A DNA stretch of 61,515 bases, filler included, from Nemertoderma westbladi (GCA_032718475.1; 3 parts of 3 records of this genome joined end to end with filler, not necessarily neighbours in it); one strand, 5' to 3'. Positions 26,738 through 40,268 are shown, counted from the first letter of the whole stretch. Numbers and translations: made by a program. The notes: a model not told the origin generated them from the sequence alone.

Positions 26738-29305
26738 TTATCTCCTGCTCTGATACGCTTTCCTTTTCTTCACCCGTCTACTCTCATCGATCGCCAGTGC
26801 GGGTAGAGGAGCATCGTTGTCCGTCGTGAGCATTGCCGCAGTTTGCCTCCTAGCAGCCCTTCCTCGGGGAGGTAGCGAAATTATATCTGTTCTCCTCTCC
26901 AACTCGGTGTTACGAGCCGCTTTGAACCACTCTCCATCTCCAAACGCTTCCTTGTACGAGTATAGATGTCTGATTATTTCGAAGGGACCAAATAAACCAG
27001 CGCTAAGTAATAAATCCACATAGTGGTAAGGCAAGGTCCTTGTCGTATGGAGGCGTTCGGGTAACGAGAAATATCCGTATGTCATCTCTTGTGCGACGTT
27101 TCGAGCACTTAAACGCGCTCTGGTCTTTACGTGGGTATTGGCGTATGGTTCGAACATAACCATATTCCCAATGGCCGTCGCATCTTTAGTGGGACACTTA
27201 ATGTTACATCGGGGGCTTGCAGTATGCCCACGGAAACCGCACTTTGTACAGAGATTATAGAGGGTTGGACAGACCGCTACATCATGACCCGATATAGCGC
27301 AATAGGGACAATAGAGTATCCCAAGGATCTGGAAACACAGTTCAGTAACCCGTTGTTTCTTTCCGCTTGGACATTGATCCGAACCGCAGTTACTGCAAAC
27401 GTCAAGTTGCATTTCCCGACCGAAAAAGTTCGGGATCGGTACGCCGGCGTAGTACTCCAGTCGTCTATCTTTTTTCGGGATAATCGTCGTGACCGGGAGC
27501 CCACGGAACGCTGCGCTGTCACGGAGTAGGGTCTCGCTACGGTATCCTTCCTTATAGTCCACCGGATGCATCCTGGGCACCCGTTTCTGACGGTGGATCC
27601 ACTCCGTTTGTTCCGCGTACCATCGAATAAGTCTCATCGGATCTTGTGGAACGGAGAACGGTGCCGTTGCCATAGCCAGTCGGCGAAGGGGTGCCGGGGC
27701 ATTCGCCGAAGGAATCCCGAGGAGGTCTCCAGGGGTTGGGGCTATACTAGTACCCTTCGCAACTTGGATAGCCGAGCGGGTCAGCTGTGTACTGGTACTT
27801 GGGATTTCAGAAGACCAATCTTCTCCTCCCGGAAACGGATATGGAGACAACCTCTGGCATGCGTCGCCGAAGTCACTAAGCGCGAAGGTGGGGACTAACT
27901 CTCTCGCCGGACTACCGGAGCCAAGCAGAGTGGTTACGCCGGCTTCCGTCACGGGTTCAGCCTCGTCGATACGCTTGGCGGCTGGTCCGTAGGCGACTTC
28001 AGGCTCGAGTATACATTTTGGCGTGGATAGCAAGACGCCTTCTTGTTTCCATAATTACTCCCCTTCCGATGACATCAAGGGTTCCTCTGTGCCAAGGAGA
28101 TCGGCAATCGTTGGGATATCGAAAGGTCCGTTCATCTCCCAGGAGTCGAGAACGTCGAGCGTCTTAGTATCTCCTGGTGGGATATTCATCACCGCCTTGA
28201 ATGCGTGGTCGATTACCTCGTTCCATTCATAATCAATGAAGGATCTGAGGACCGCGTTAATAAGTTTATCTAGGGTCTTATATATGAACTTGGCAACTGT
28301 ATATGATTCCATCATGACGTAGATGAAGTTCAGTCGATCCGGTTCCTCCCATTTCTGGTGGATCGTCCACCTTCTCTCTACGTCCCTCCAATGGTTGTCC
28401 CGCTCGTTCTAAGTCCGCTAAGTCCGGATATGCACCTTGTTATAGTCCGGGAACTTCTACGGCTTAAAGTCCAAGCCGCCGTTTAACACCTCAAGGTAGC
28501 CGATACCGGATTTCGTCTGTCTCACTTCTTTAAATCCACCCATAAAACCCGTGGACTGCAACCAGGCTAACAGGGTTTGGGTGTTGACGAAGTGGCTAAT
28601 AGCGTTAATGTCCTCTCAATGATTTCTTCCGAAAGGGTCGTTAGTGTAGTCGTTCCGGATATCGGCCTTTATATCCGACCCAATCTTAATAATATTGAAG
28701 TTGAACAAGATCTGATGGATTGCCGATGGTAGTAGCCAGACCGCCCAGGCTGTCCGTATTTCCTGTTGGGGTGTCGGGAAGATTCGACATATCAATACCA
28801 GTCCATCTAGGGTTCCGAGGACGAAGATTAGGATCGACCGTACTCCTTCATCCCGTATTTCTCTTTATAGTCGTTGCGGTTTTGGATGACTGCTATACAC
28901 TCCTCCCGCAGCGTCGCTGTACATTCTGCTAGGTTTTCCCAGTGGGCGAGATATGTACTCTTGTCATCGATGAAACTCTAACATCGCGCCATCGTAACTG
29001 CCTTCGAAGTAGGCATCGCGTTTGCCCTCGTTGTCATATATCAAGCACCGGGATTTGTAGACGCTTCGCCGGAACTTATCCCAGAACGACAACTCCTCAA
29101 CTCCGGTTGCCTCAGCATTCCGAATCCTTTTCAGGCTCGTACTTGCATCGGTCAACCGGAGCAACTGTAGGTTACGGGAATCCAGTACCTCCCTCCCGGA
29201 GAATTTAACGACTTGCACATTCTCTTTCAACAGGGCGTTCCATTTCACATCAAAACTAGGAGATCCAGGCTGTGGATAGTCCAATAAATCAAGCGTCTGT
29301 CGCAA
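26738..29305 (-). pseudogene. Disrupted retroelement accessory ORF: DEDDy 3'-5' exonuclease-like domain plus triple CCHC zinc knuckle
   Basis: 28840 to 26738 is one frame broken only by point stops. It contains IFVLGTLDGLVLICRI...LPSAIHQILFNFNIIKIGSDIKADI (ExoII-like) and KWEEPDRLNFIYVMMES (ExoIII-like), then CSNC, CPYCAISGHDVAVC and CTKCGFRGHTASPRC. Confidence 0.7.
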
Positions 29306-29894
29306 GAATCTGGTGATTTGGGTCCATATTGTAAATTATGTCCGTTACAAATTTAAATCAGTTAGTTATAAATCTAGAAAGTCTGATTCTATAGCGACTG
29401 CAGAATAATTCAGTTATTTTTAATACAGTTATTATTATTGCTATATAGGCATCTACCATCTTATTGCTACTACATTCAATATTTACAGTTACTATAGCTA
29501 TACATTATTATCCAACCAGTTTTTTGACTTTTTACGTCCGCTTCTTTTTTAAATTCTTTTCCGTTCTACATTTTATACTTTTTTTTGTCTTTTTTCATTT
29601 CTCATTTCATTATTCATTCCACATTTCATTATTTCTTTCACATTTCATCATTTATTCCACCATTACATCATTTATTACACATTTCATCATTTAGTACACA
29701 TTTCATTGGGGTTATAGCCACCCGGCTATCATCATTTGTTATAAGCGCAAACACCAGGGTGCCAAACACCAGGGATTTTCATCAACATACGCGTCATCAT
29801 TCAGTTTATAGTTGAGTTATCTGTTCCTTTTCATCATTTCGTACTACATTCAACCATCTACTTTAGAAATTTTCGTTATGGAGGGTTGTTACGC

Positions 29895-30310
29895 AGCAGT
29901 CGGGGATCTACAGCTGGACTCATTACACCGCCTACGACCCAAACTGCACACGTAACGGACAATGAATAGACGCTGGAAGTGAAGTCACGTGGAATGCACC
30001 AGGGAGCCACCAGAATAACACTCCAAGAAACATAAAGCTCAGCCGACGAAGTCATGTGGGATGGGGTTACGCAACATTCTGAGATCTACAGCTGGACTCG
30101 TTACACCGCCTACACCCCAAAATCCACGTAACGGTCCCACCAGAATAACGCGGCTGAGGAACATAAAGTCTCTATCGACGAAGTCATGTGGAATGCACCA
30201 TGGACCCACCAGAATAACGCGATAGAGGTGTTGTTGCGCGGCAATCCGGGATCTACAGCTGGAGTCGTTACACCGCCTACGCCCTGAACTGCGCATGCAA
30301 CGGACAACAC
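29895..30310. repeat. Internal imperfect direct repeats (3 copies) of the LTR element
   Basis: gatctacagctgga(c/g)tc(a/g)ttacaccgcctac at ~29905, ~30083 and ~30250. Confidence 0.8.
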
Positions 30311-30626
30311 AATACAACACAATGGATACAATGAATTCCACTCGAGAACGTCCATGTAGTATTGGTCTTCCTCTGATGGGTTTTCGTCCTTCTCGGCAAA
30401 TTCTTGAATTTCCAGGTTGAAATATTTCGTAATTTCTTGTTGGGTTTTCTCTGTTTCTAGGAATAGATCTTCGTCTGTATCGGTTGCTGAACAGTAACCC
30501 ACGGATGTTGCATTCCTTTCGATCTGACATTTCGGAAGGTATGTATAGGTGTCGATAGTCGCGTTGGTAGCCGAGAAGCTGCTCCGAATAGTCGGTAGGC
30601 CAGTAGAGTCCGGTCCTCTGTCTTTT

Positions 30627-31085
30627 GACCCCATTGCGTGTCCGTCCCACCTTTCCCGAGCCCCGAAGGGACGGTCATCAGGAAAGCGGTACGGCTTGGC
30701 TAGGGGTCTGTCAGCCCGTTGTGAATCCCAACTGTCGGAGCTTTCCGAATCCTTTTCAGGCTCGTACTAACGCCAGTCGTGGAACCCACGCCAGGAAGTC
30801 AGTCCTCGTCGAACCCTTCCTTCTTCCAGTCAGTCGATCCGTTGCAAGTCCCTGGCGCAATCAGCAAGCTTTCCGAATCCTTTTCAGGCTCGTAATCGCC
30901 GCTGGTGGCCAGGGACCGCTAAGGATCTGTCAGTTCCCGTCGCAAATCCCTGGCGCAATAAGCAAGCTTTGCGAATCCTTTTCAGGCTCGTAATCGCTGC
31001 TGGTGGCCAGGAACCGCTAAGGGCAGTCCTTGTCCCCAGGCCTAGCGGGTTACCAACTACCGGAGTAGGTTGTATAGGCCTAAAT
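30627..31085 (-). mobile_element. Partial second LTR copy (R-like segment only), cut by a LINE insertion
   Basis: 30640-30711 matches 26130-26201, and 31017-31085 matches 26224-26298 up to ggcctaaata. Confidence 0.75.
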
Positions 31086-33160
31086 ACTACTACTAGGTCA
31101 AGCGAACTCGGACAGTGGAAATGAAATCCTTCCAGGCTTCCCGATTCTCCATAGTTGTCGCAATTTCGTTTCTCCTAAGGTCAGTATCCCTTTCAAGTTG
31201 ATCTATATATGTTATGGCCGGTCGTCCACGACTACGCTTTCCATGAGTTGGTTGCCAGAAAAGTAGATCTGGTATGACCTCGTCTTTAGTTCGCCAGCAG
31301 TGCCCACTGAATCTTAATCTGCGTTCACGGAGGGTGGTTGATACAGGTGGTATTGTACCATAAAGCTCGGCGTTTGTCATGTGTTGTCTCCAGCTGATGT
31401 TTAGGGCTGCCCTTAGTAGTCTTGTGTAGCAACTATCAATTCGTTGTTCAAATGATTTAGTCAGTGTCCCTGTCCAGGTCTCACCCCCATATAAAAATAC
31501 ACTTTCCACTGTGGCTCGAAAGAACTTAGTCTTCAGGTGCCTGGAGAGATCTGACTTCCAGATGGTATCCATTTTTGATAGAGCTACCCAAGCCTTTGCT
31601 TTCCTAACTTCTATGTCCGTTTTGCTACTCTCTATCCATGATCCAAGGTACTGGAAGTCATCGACCTTCCTTAGTTGATTATTATCAATGGTTGTCAAGT
31701 TTCCATCAATATTAAAGGTCATGAATTCGGTCTTTGTAGCATTTATATGCAATCCAACCTCCTTAGCAGCCCTCTCCACTTTATTTAGTAGAAGCTGTGC
31801 ATCTGCTAGGGTATTAGAGAGCAGGGCGATGTCATCCGCAAAGTCGGTGTCTGTGACTGTAGTTGCGGGATATCTACTACTTCTGCGTTCTTGAAGTGTG
31901 AATCCCAGGTCTTCACCCTTTGTGGCCGTCCTCATTGCGTAATCCAGCACAATTACAAATAGTAATGGTGCTAATGTGTCACCTTGCAGTACGCCAGCCA
32001 GGATTGCGAAAAACTCAGTTTCACCATCTGGTGAGAGTACCTGCGCTTCTGTGTCACAATATAACAATCCAATGCCAGCAACAATTACTTCTGGTATTCC
32101 ATAAGCGCTTAGGATTTCAAGCATTTTACCTCTATGGATGGAGTCGAATGCCTTCTTGAAGTCCACAAAAGTCATGACAGTGGGGAGATTCTTTGACTTA
32201 ATTCCTTCAATCAGTCTCCGTAGTGCAAGTATCTGAGCTATTGTTGATCTACTTGGTCGAAATCCGTTTTGGCTCTTACACAGTAGTTTCTCTATGTGAG
32301 GCCTAATCCTATATAGAATCATTTTATTGTATATTTTGGCAGCTACCACAAGCAGACAGATCCCACGATAGTTTGTTGGTATGCCGAGGTCTCCTTTCTT
32401 GGGGAGAGGCTTTAGTTGACCTTTAGTCCAAATTGGTGGTGGCTTTTCCCCTTTTAACATCCGGTTGCAAACATTCAATAATGGTCTGTTTAGCACTCCG
32501 GTTTTCCATACCTCCGCTGGGAGGGATTTCATCTAATCCACTCGCTTTATTATTGGACATGCTTTTATTGCTTCTTTGGAGTTCGGCAGGTGTTAAGTCC
32601 CCTGTTTCTATAGGTAGTGTCTTGTCATATATTTTCCTTGTAGGGCCGACCTCGATGTTTGGTGGCTGCCCAAGCAAGTTGCTGAAGTGATGTTTCCATT
32701 TCCCAACACGTTCTTCAGGACTATCGGCTTTGAGGCGCCCCTTTGCACAACTTTTCCGACCAGATACCTCATTTACAGTTTGCCAGGTAAGTCTTGATTG
32801 TTGCTGTATGTGAGCAGTTGTAATTGCTTCAGTTTTTATCCTGTATGTACTTTTCCTGGCTGATGTTGTAGGCCAATTTAAGATCGTCCTTAGCTTTCTC
32901 AACCTTGTTAATTTTTTGGGTTGTTGGTTGTTCGGTTTTAACTTTGTAGGCTATCTTAAGATCTTCTCTCTTACAAGTAACCTCAGAGTTTTGCCATGGC
33001 ACATATTGATTTCGTTTGGGTTTCTGGGGGATATGCCTCTTTCTGATTCCTTGTGGGCTGTTATTATATTCTGGTATATTGAATTGGTGGATTGGTCTTC
33101 ATCCATTGACTGAAGTGCTTCAAAGCTGTTTTGAACTTCTACTGTATAAGCATCCTTTAC
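31086..33160 (-). mobile_element. 5'-truncated RTE-like LINE (family B)
   Basis: RT ORF 31093-32532 (FVDFKKAFDSI, GVLQGD, DFADD, RLRFSGHC..WQPTHG). The upstream part (32423-32902) is frameshifted, and the stop codon merges into a (TAG)n tail. Confidence 0.93.
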
Positions 33161-33877
33161 ATCGACTTTTCTAAAGCGTACGATAGGGTCCCAAGAAGTA
33201 CATTATAGGATGTCTTAACCCTATTAAACCCCGGGGGGGGGGGGGGGTCAATATGACCCCCTCGTGGGTTTTTTAATATAATTCTGAAACAAACGCAGTT
33301 GAGAATCTGAAATTTTATGACTTTTCCTAAAAATCTATTGTCTTCCTAGTAGTGAAAACCGTTTTTAAAAATATTGGGTAGTTTTCGAGTTATAGCACCA
33401 TTTTTTAACCCTACTTTGGCACTTTTTTTAAAACGTTATTTGAAAATTACATTTCATTAAATATGAATTGTAACATCTCTATTTTAGATTTACACCGGTT
33501 TTTTGGTGTTAGCAATTGGATGGAATTCATATAAATTGATCTAGAAATTTCAAACTTGTTTTTTTCGGCGGGTGCCAAATTTTGGAGCCAGCACCAAATT
33601 TTGAAATATGTCAATTTTGAAAATTGATTGTTTGAAACTTAAGTTAAGAAACTAAGTATACATACATCCTGTCTATAATACAAGGAATTATATCCCAGTC
33701 TACAAACGTAGATCATTTAGTAAATTTCGTTTATTCTCTCATGATCTACGGAGTGAAGACGGTAGATGGAGCCGTACTCCGCCTCGTGATAGAGTTTGTA
33801 GTTGTGACTTTCGTTCAAGATGAACTTCATGTAGCATTATTTTGCCTCATTACTCAATCATTCCGTTCTAAATTAGG

Positions 33878-34198
33878 CAGGGCCTGATTAAGGGATGGTG
33901 GGCCCTGGGCAGTCACAAAAATTTGAGTCAATTTTTTAGTGGAAACGCTCGTTTCTTAATGCAATGTCAGTCGAAATCAAAAAATATTCTGAACCTTTGC
34001 CCTAGTTTATTAATAATAAATGTCGTTGAATATATTGAAAAAAAACATAGTAATGCGGGGATAAATATAATTAGTTAAATAACGAAGTTCAATGCAGTCT
34101 TAGTCTAATGAAGATAAGTTAAAAAGTTGCCCCGTGGCCCCTTGTTAAGTCGGGGCCCTGGGCAATTGCCCAAATAGCCATGCCTTAATCATGGCCTG
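33878..34198. mobile_element. hAT-like MITE
   Basis: TIRs CAGGGCCTGATTAAGG / CCTTAATCATGGCCTG with an 8-bp TSD aaattagg on both sides. Confidence 0.85.
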
Positions 34199-34221
34199 AA
34201 ATTAGGAATTAAATTATATTA

Positions 34222-35848
34222 TTAGGAGCCCGCTTGACAGCGGGATACTTACTGTAAGAATCTTCAGGATACATTACATTGACTGACACTGACTGACTGA
34301 TAATTATCTAGGTTAAGGCACTTCCTGCCTGGCGATTTTGATGAAATTTTGCAAGTACATTGCTTTTGAGGTTCATAATCGCGTTACAAAATTTCAGATC
34401 GATTCTATGTGTGGTATTCGATATATTTAGTTTTTTGACATTGTTTTGTCGCGAAATTAAAAGCAATGGTAAAATAACAGCTGGTGTTCATGATGAAATA
34501 TGGCTTAATATGTTATACACAGTCATAGTAAAACGTATTGGTTGCCAAGTTTTACTAGTAGGCTATAAGGAAAGTCAATGTTTACTCACACATAAGCTGT
34601 TGGTTTCTAATGTATTACACCATAAGCTGATTGCTCTCCCAGTGCTTCCTAAGGGTATATCTACAATAAGGTTACTCACTCTGCTATGTTAGGGGGTGGA
34701 TCAGGAGAATGAATTTTAGTTACACAAAGCAGTGTGTTGTGTCCTATTGCAGTCGATACTCACTGTGGATTGCAAAATGTTTTATAGTTGACCTACACTA
34801 TAATACAGTAGTTGCATGTATTTAAGGAGCCCGCTCTGGCCTACTGCCTAACTTAGCAGTAATACCTATATTACATATACACATATTAAAAATATTCTTA
34901 TTTTTTTTATTACATACGATTTTTTAGCTGAAACGATTTTTTAGCTGAAGCATTAATAGTGTAAATTAATTTAATTATATTTTAATACCATTACTACATT
35001 GGCATACTGTAAGATAAGTTTTAATATTTCTTACAAATAGTGGTGCGAGCATAAATCAAATCACGCAAATTTAAAAGAACCGGGTGTGTTGTCATAGCAA
35101 AGTTTCAGTTTTTATTATGTGGGACGAGCCACAAAGTACTGCTGAGAAAGACTGAAAGGTTCAAAGACTGTATGTCAACAATGTTATTATTATTATAGTC
35201 TGCGCCACAAACAGAATATGCCAAATAATTAAATTAGCAATATAAATTTCAGAAAAATAGCTATCGGACTTGGCTGAAGAAATCGAATTATAATCCACTT
35301 AGTTTGTTATATTGATGATATTATTACTCTCTGGGAATGTGTTGGAATGGGAGATTGTAAATTATTATTGAACAGTAAATATTACATATCCCATAAAAGT
35401 CGTCATAATTAATTGTGTAGAAACAATTGTTCACCTTCTCGTTTAGATTAATTAGTAAATAAATAAATTAGTTTAGATATTTTCTGTTAGCGAATTTATT
35501 TCGAATAATAAAAAAGTGTGTAGGCCGATTGTATGGTTGTTTAATTTGCGTTATTATTTTTCGCCGCGACCTAGACTTCTATTAATTGTTAAATCTAATG
35601 GTTTTCAAAAAGAAAGGTAACCGTACCTGTACTGGTAAATCTAACTTGTTATTTATCTGGTTGTGAATCATGGGCATTTTCTTATAAATATTCGGTTGTT
35701 AGTGGCAGCAAAGTTTCATTTTTTATTATGTGGGGCAAGCCACAAAGTCAGCTATGTATCATCACACCATTTAGACAATTGTTTAGTTTAGTATTGGCTA
35801 GGATTCTTCCCCCCGGGCTCCTTCCAGCCAGCTTGCTGGCTCTCTAGT
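34222..35848 (+). mobile_element. Non-autonomous Helentron/DINE-1-like element, copy 1
   Basis: Subterminal IR aggagcccg / cgggctcct, a (GACT)n microsatellite, and a 3' hairpin agccagc-tt-gctggct followed by CTAGT. Confidence 0.7.
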
Positions 35849-35960
35849 ACATTAATCGATTTATTCAGTCACGATAATCCCCAGCAATTATGCAATTACA
35901 TTTCTTGATACTTAAAGAATTTCAGTAATTAAAGTCAGATTCGTGCTATGTTATAGTTAA

Positions 35961-37577
35961 TTAGGAGCCCGCTTGACAGCGGGATACTTACTGTAAGAAT
36001 CTTCAGGATACATTACATTGACTGACTGATAATTATCTAGGTTAAGGCACTTCCTGCCTGGCGATTTTGATGAAATTTTGCAAGTACATTGCTTTTGAGG
36101 TTCATAATCGCGTTACAAAATTTCAGATCGATTCTATGTGTGGTATTCGATATATTTAGTTTTTTGACATTGTTTTGTCGCGAAATTAAAAGCAATGGTA
36201 AAATAACAGCTGGTGTTCTTGATGAAATATGGCTTAATATGTTATACACAGTCATAGTAAAACGTATTGGTTGCCAAGTTTTACTAGTAGGCTATAAGGA
36301 AAGTCAATGTTTACTCACACATAAGCTGTTGGTTTCTAATGTATTACCCCATAAGCTGATTGCTCTCCCAGTGCTTCCTAAGGGTATATCTACAATAAGG
36401 TTACTCACTCTGCTATGTTAGGGGGTGGATCAGGAGAATGAATTTTAGTTACACAAAGCAGTGTGTTGTGTCCTATTGCAGTCGATACTCACTGTGGATT
36501 GCAAAATGTTTTATAGTTGACCTACACTATAATACAGTAGTTGCATGTATTTAAGGAGCCCGCTCTGGCCTACTGCCTAACTTAGCAGTAATACCTATAT
36601 TACATATACACATATTAAAAATATTCTTATTTTTTTTATTACATACGATTTTTTAGCTGAAACGATTTTTTAGCTGAAGCATTAATAGTGTAAATTAATT
36701 TAATTATATTTTAATACCATTACTACATTGGCATACTGTAAGATAAGTTTTAATATTTCTTACAAATAGTGGTGCGAGCATAAATCAAATCACGCAAATT
36801 TAAAAGAACCGGGTGTGTTGTCATAGCAAAGTTTCAGTTTTTATTATGTGGGACGAGCCACAAAGTACTGCTGAGAAAGACTGAAAGGTTCAAAGACTGT
36901 ATGTCAACAATGTTATTATTATTATAGTCTGCGCCACAAACAGAATATGCCAAATAATTAAATTAGCAATATAAATTTCAGAAAAATAGCTATCGGACTT
37001 GGCTGAAGAAATCGAATTATAATCCACTTAGTTTGTTATATTGATGATATTATTACTCTCTGGGAATGTGTTGGAATGGGAGATTGTAAATTATTATTGA
37101 ACAGTAAATATTACATATCCCATAAAAGTCGTCATAATTAATTGTGTAGAAACAATTGTTCACCTTCTCGTTTAGATTAATTAGTAAATAAATAAATTAG
37201 TTTAGATATTTTCTGTTAGCGAATTTATTTCGAATAATAAAAAAGTGTGTAGGCCGATTGTATGGTTGTTTAATTTGCGTTATTATTTTTCGCCGCGACC
37301 TAGACTTCTATTAATTGTTAAATCTAATGGTTTTCAAAAAGAAAGGTAACCGTACCTGTACTGGTAAATCTAACTTGTTATTTATCTGGTTGTGAATCAT
37401 GGGCATTTTCTTATAAATATTCGGTTGTTAGTGGCAGCAAAGTTTCATTTTTTATTATGTGGGGCAAGCCACAAAGTCAGCTATGTATCATCACACCATT
37501 TAGACAATTGTTTAGTTTAGTATTGGCTAGGATTCTTCCCCCCGGGCTCCTTCCAGCCAGCTTGCTGGCTCTCTAGT
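35961..37577 (+). mobile_element. Non-autonomous Helentron/DINE-1-like element, copy 2
   Basis: Near-identical to copy 1 with the same termini, separated by a ~110-bp unique spacer. Confidence 0.7.
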
Positions 37578-38101
37578 TAATTAATTATTATTAATGTGAG
37601 ATATTTGTCAATAAACTTATATACTGTATGTTATGTTACAGTCTGGCAGTAGGGTCAATTCGATATTTAGCACAATACATAAATATACAGATATAACAAT
37701 ACACCCTCCACCAATCTGCCTGTCCGTCTCTGTATAGCCTATTCGACACACTGTACTTATATTTTCTGTACCGCGTACCGGTACATTCAGAATCAGGGCA
37801 GTTAGTGCCAGTTAGTGCTGATCATTCACTATACATCGGGTGTTTTTCCACTATGATCCACTGACAGACATCCCCATTGGTTACATCTCGATTTTGCGGG
37901 TAAGGGACAGGTTACAGAGGCATGTAATTTATTACAAAGCAATAATCAGGAGTCATAACACTGGTTTCAGTTTCATAATCAGCTATAAAATATATTTGTA
38001 ACAATCTTTATCGGGTGAAGATCGCTCTGGGAGAATATAATTTTGATTGCATCAAAATTCCCACCTATCTGGGTTGCTTACATGCCATTCAATTACACGC
38101 C

Positions 38102-38808
38102 TACTACTACTACTAGGACCGGCATGCTGCATTGCAGTTGCATTTTTAAGAATGCTGTGCCAGCTTGTCGACAAAATTGTGCCGCCACAACTCCCTATCT
38201 CCCATGACATTTGCTAGATCAGCCGCATCTTCAAGGCCAGTGTCCTTTAAGATGCGTCTCAAGAAAGTCATGGGCTGTCCACCATGCTTATTCACTCCAT
38301 GAGGCCGCAAAAGCACAAGATTATGCACAGGCTTGTCCTCACGGCGAATGCAATGTCCTGCAAAGCGGAGGCGACTTTGTTCTAGTGTCAAGCTTGGGGG
38401 AACCAATGAGACACCTCCAATGTTATATAGTATCTGGTTGGAGATGTGTGCATTGTACTTGACGCTAATGAACCCGGCGTAGCATTCTTGTGAATGTGCC
38501 ATCCAGAGATTTGGTGTCCTCAGCACTTAGAGCCCAGCATGGACTCCCATAGAGGAGTACTGGAACTACTGCTGCTCTAAATAATCGGACCTTAAGTTAC
38601 CGATTAATTCTCTGTGACTTCCAAATCCTGGAGAGCCTATTCAAAGCTGCCCATGCCTTACTTCCGGATCCATGATCCCAGGTAACAGAAGTCGTCCACA
38701 TTCTTAAGCATACCATCCTTTTAGCCTATGCTCATCCGGTCAGAGACTTACTGAGGACTTTCAAGGTTAATTTTCAAAATGTTGGTCTTTTTAGAGTTAA
38801 TAAAAAGA
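38102..38808 (-). mobile_element. 3' fragment of LINE family A (more diverged)
   Basis: Similar to 9702-10430 with a (TAG)n tail and a small deletion. Confidence 0.9.
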
Positions 38809-38875
38809 ATTAAATATTAAAATTATAAAAAGTAAAAATAAAAAATTATATTCTGTTTTGCATCAAAATTATATA

Positions 38876-39085
38876 CTCTGGAGTCCCGAATAGACAGTGT
38901 GGCTGGAATAAACGGGGTGGGTTGAAAATTTTGAACATTTTTCTTCACTAACTATATATAGTAAATATCATTTTAAATATCATTGATCATTTTTTATTAG
39001 TATTCAAATAAAACTTCGACATTATTCGTCCTTGATTTTTCTTCCATAATAGGCTACTGTACTTACAGTAGGTCTACTTACTTAA

Positions 39086-39118
<33 letters not shown>

Positions 39119-40268
39119 ATACCCCCCCATGAAACTTTTTTTAAAATGGCTGTCAATTAGTGTTAAATGATAATATTGCTATTTTGTCATGGTCAACCAC
39201 TGTAAGGAAGGCCAAATAGCCTTTATAGTAAAATTTGAAAATTTGTAGCCTCCCCCTAGCGGCTGGCGGCGGAATTAAAGATTTCACTAAAATTGCTACT
39301 AGTCCCTCAATTTTGGTCCAAATTTCTTGAAACCAACTTTTTTGGACTCAGCGTGATCGACTCTACAAAAGTTATCTTATAGAATTTTTAATTAGCCAAT
39401 TTTATTTTAATTAATTAATTTAATTAATTAATTATCATATTTTTAATTAAAAATGGCTAATTAGAAAAAATGGTAATATTTATCAAAATTCCATAAGATA
39501 ACTTTTAAAGAGCTTCCAAAGCTCGTTCGAATGAGCCATAAACGAAGAAAATTGGTTGAAAAATGACGGAGGAGTAGTAATTTGAAAATGAAAAATGTCA
39601 TTCCGAGAAAATGCCTCTTCAAAGTTTAAACCGTCCCGCCAAAATTGGCTGTCTGTGTTCTGGTTGGTTAATTATTTCTGGCACGAATGATGCACACCAA
39701 CGAGCTAAAATGTTCATTACTGGGGTCTTCGGGGTCGCTGATTTCATTTCCGATGTCAGTTTTAATTGTTGGTGGAATCTAGTCTATCTGTCGGTCTTCT
39801 GTCTTTCTTACAATTTGATGGACAGACCGTTATACGGAAATAAAGAGTGATAACTCGAGAACTGAAAGAGGTCTCACTAAGCGGTTTTCAGATTTGTAAT
39901 CCTCATTAAATTCTGCTCTAGGTGAGATAAAGAAACAATAATTTGAAAATTTTACCTGAGGGGGGGCATACCCCCCCCCCCCCCCCACCCCTCCCTTAAC
40001 ATACAGTATAGGCGTACAGGTACAGTAGTACCTATGGCTACCGGTGATATACTCGGTACACGGTTTTTTGTTTTCTTTCACTTTCAACTCTCGATAATTA
40101 TTATGAGAATAAACGTGTTTATTTACTCATAATAAAAAATGTAATCACTGTCTTTTTTAGAAAAAATTAATAGTCGGGGTATCTGGAATAAGGTAATTGT
40201 TTGTGGATTTTTTTCTCAAAAATTAATAGCCGTCTAGCAGTAATAGCAGTCTATTCACGACTTCAGAG
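38876..40268. mobile_element. Tc1/mariner-like MITE (TA TSD)
   Basis: ta-CTCTGGAGTCCCGAATAGAC ... GTCTATTCACGACTTCAGAG-ta. A further terminus lies at ~52854. Confidence 0.72.
39086..39995. mobile_element. Nested TTAA-TSD element with poly-G TIRs (Kolobok-like)
   Basis: ttaa-G(n)TATACCCCCCC ... GGGGGGCATAC(n)..CC-ttaa. Confidence 0.65.

Noticed and set aside
34360-36421. Duplicated 110-aa ORFs
   Set aside because: They lie inside non-autonomous repeats, have non-ATG starts and show no recognisable domain.
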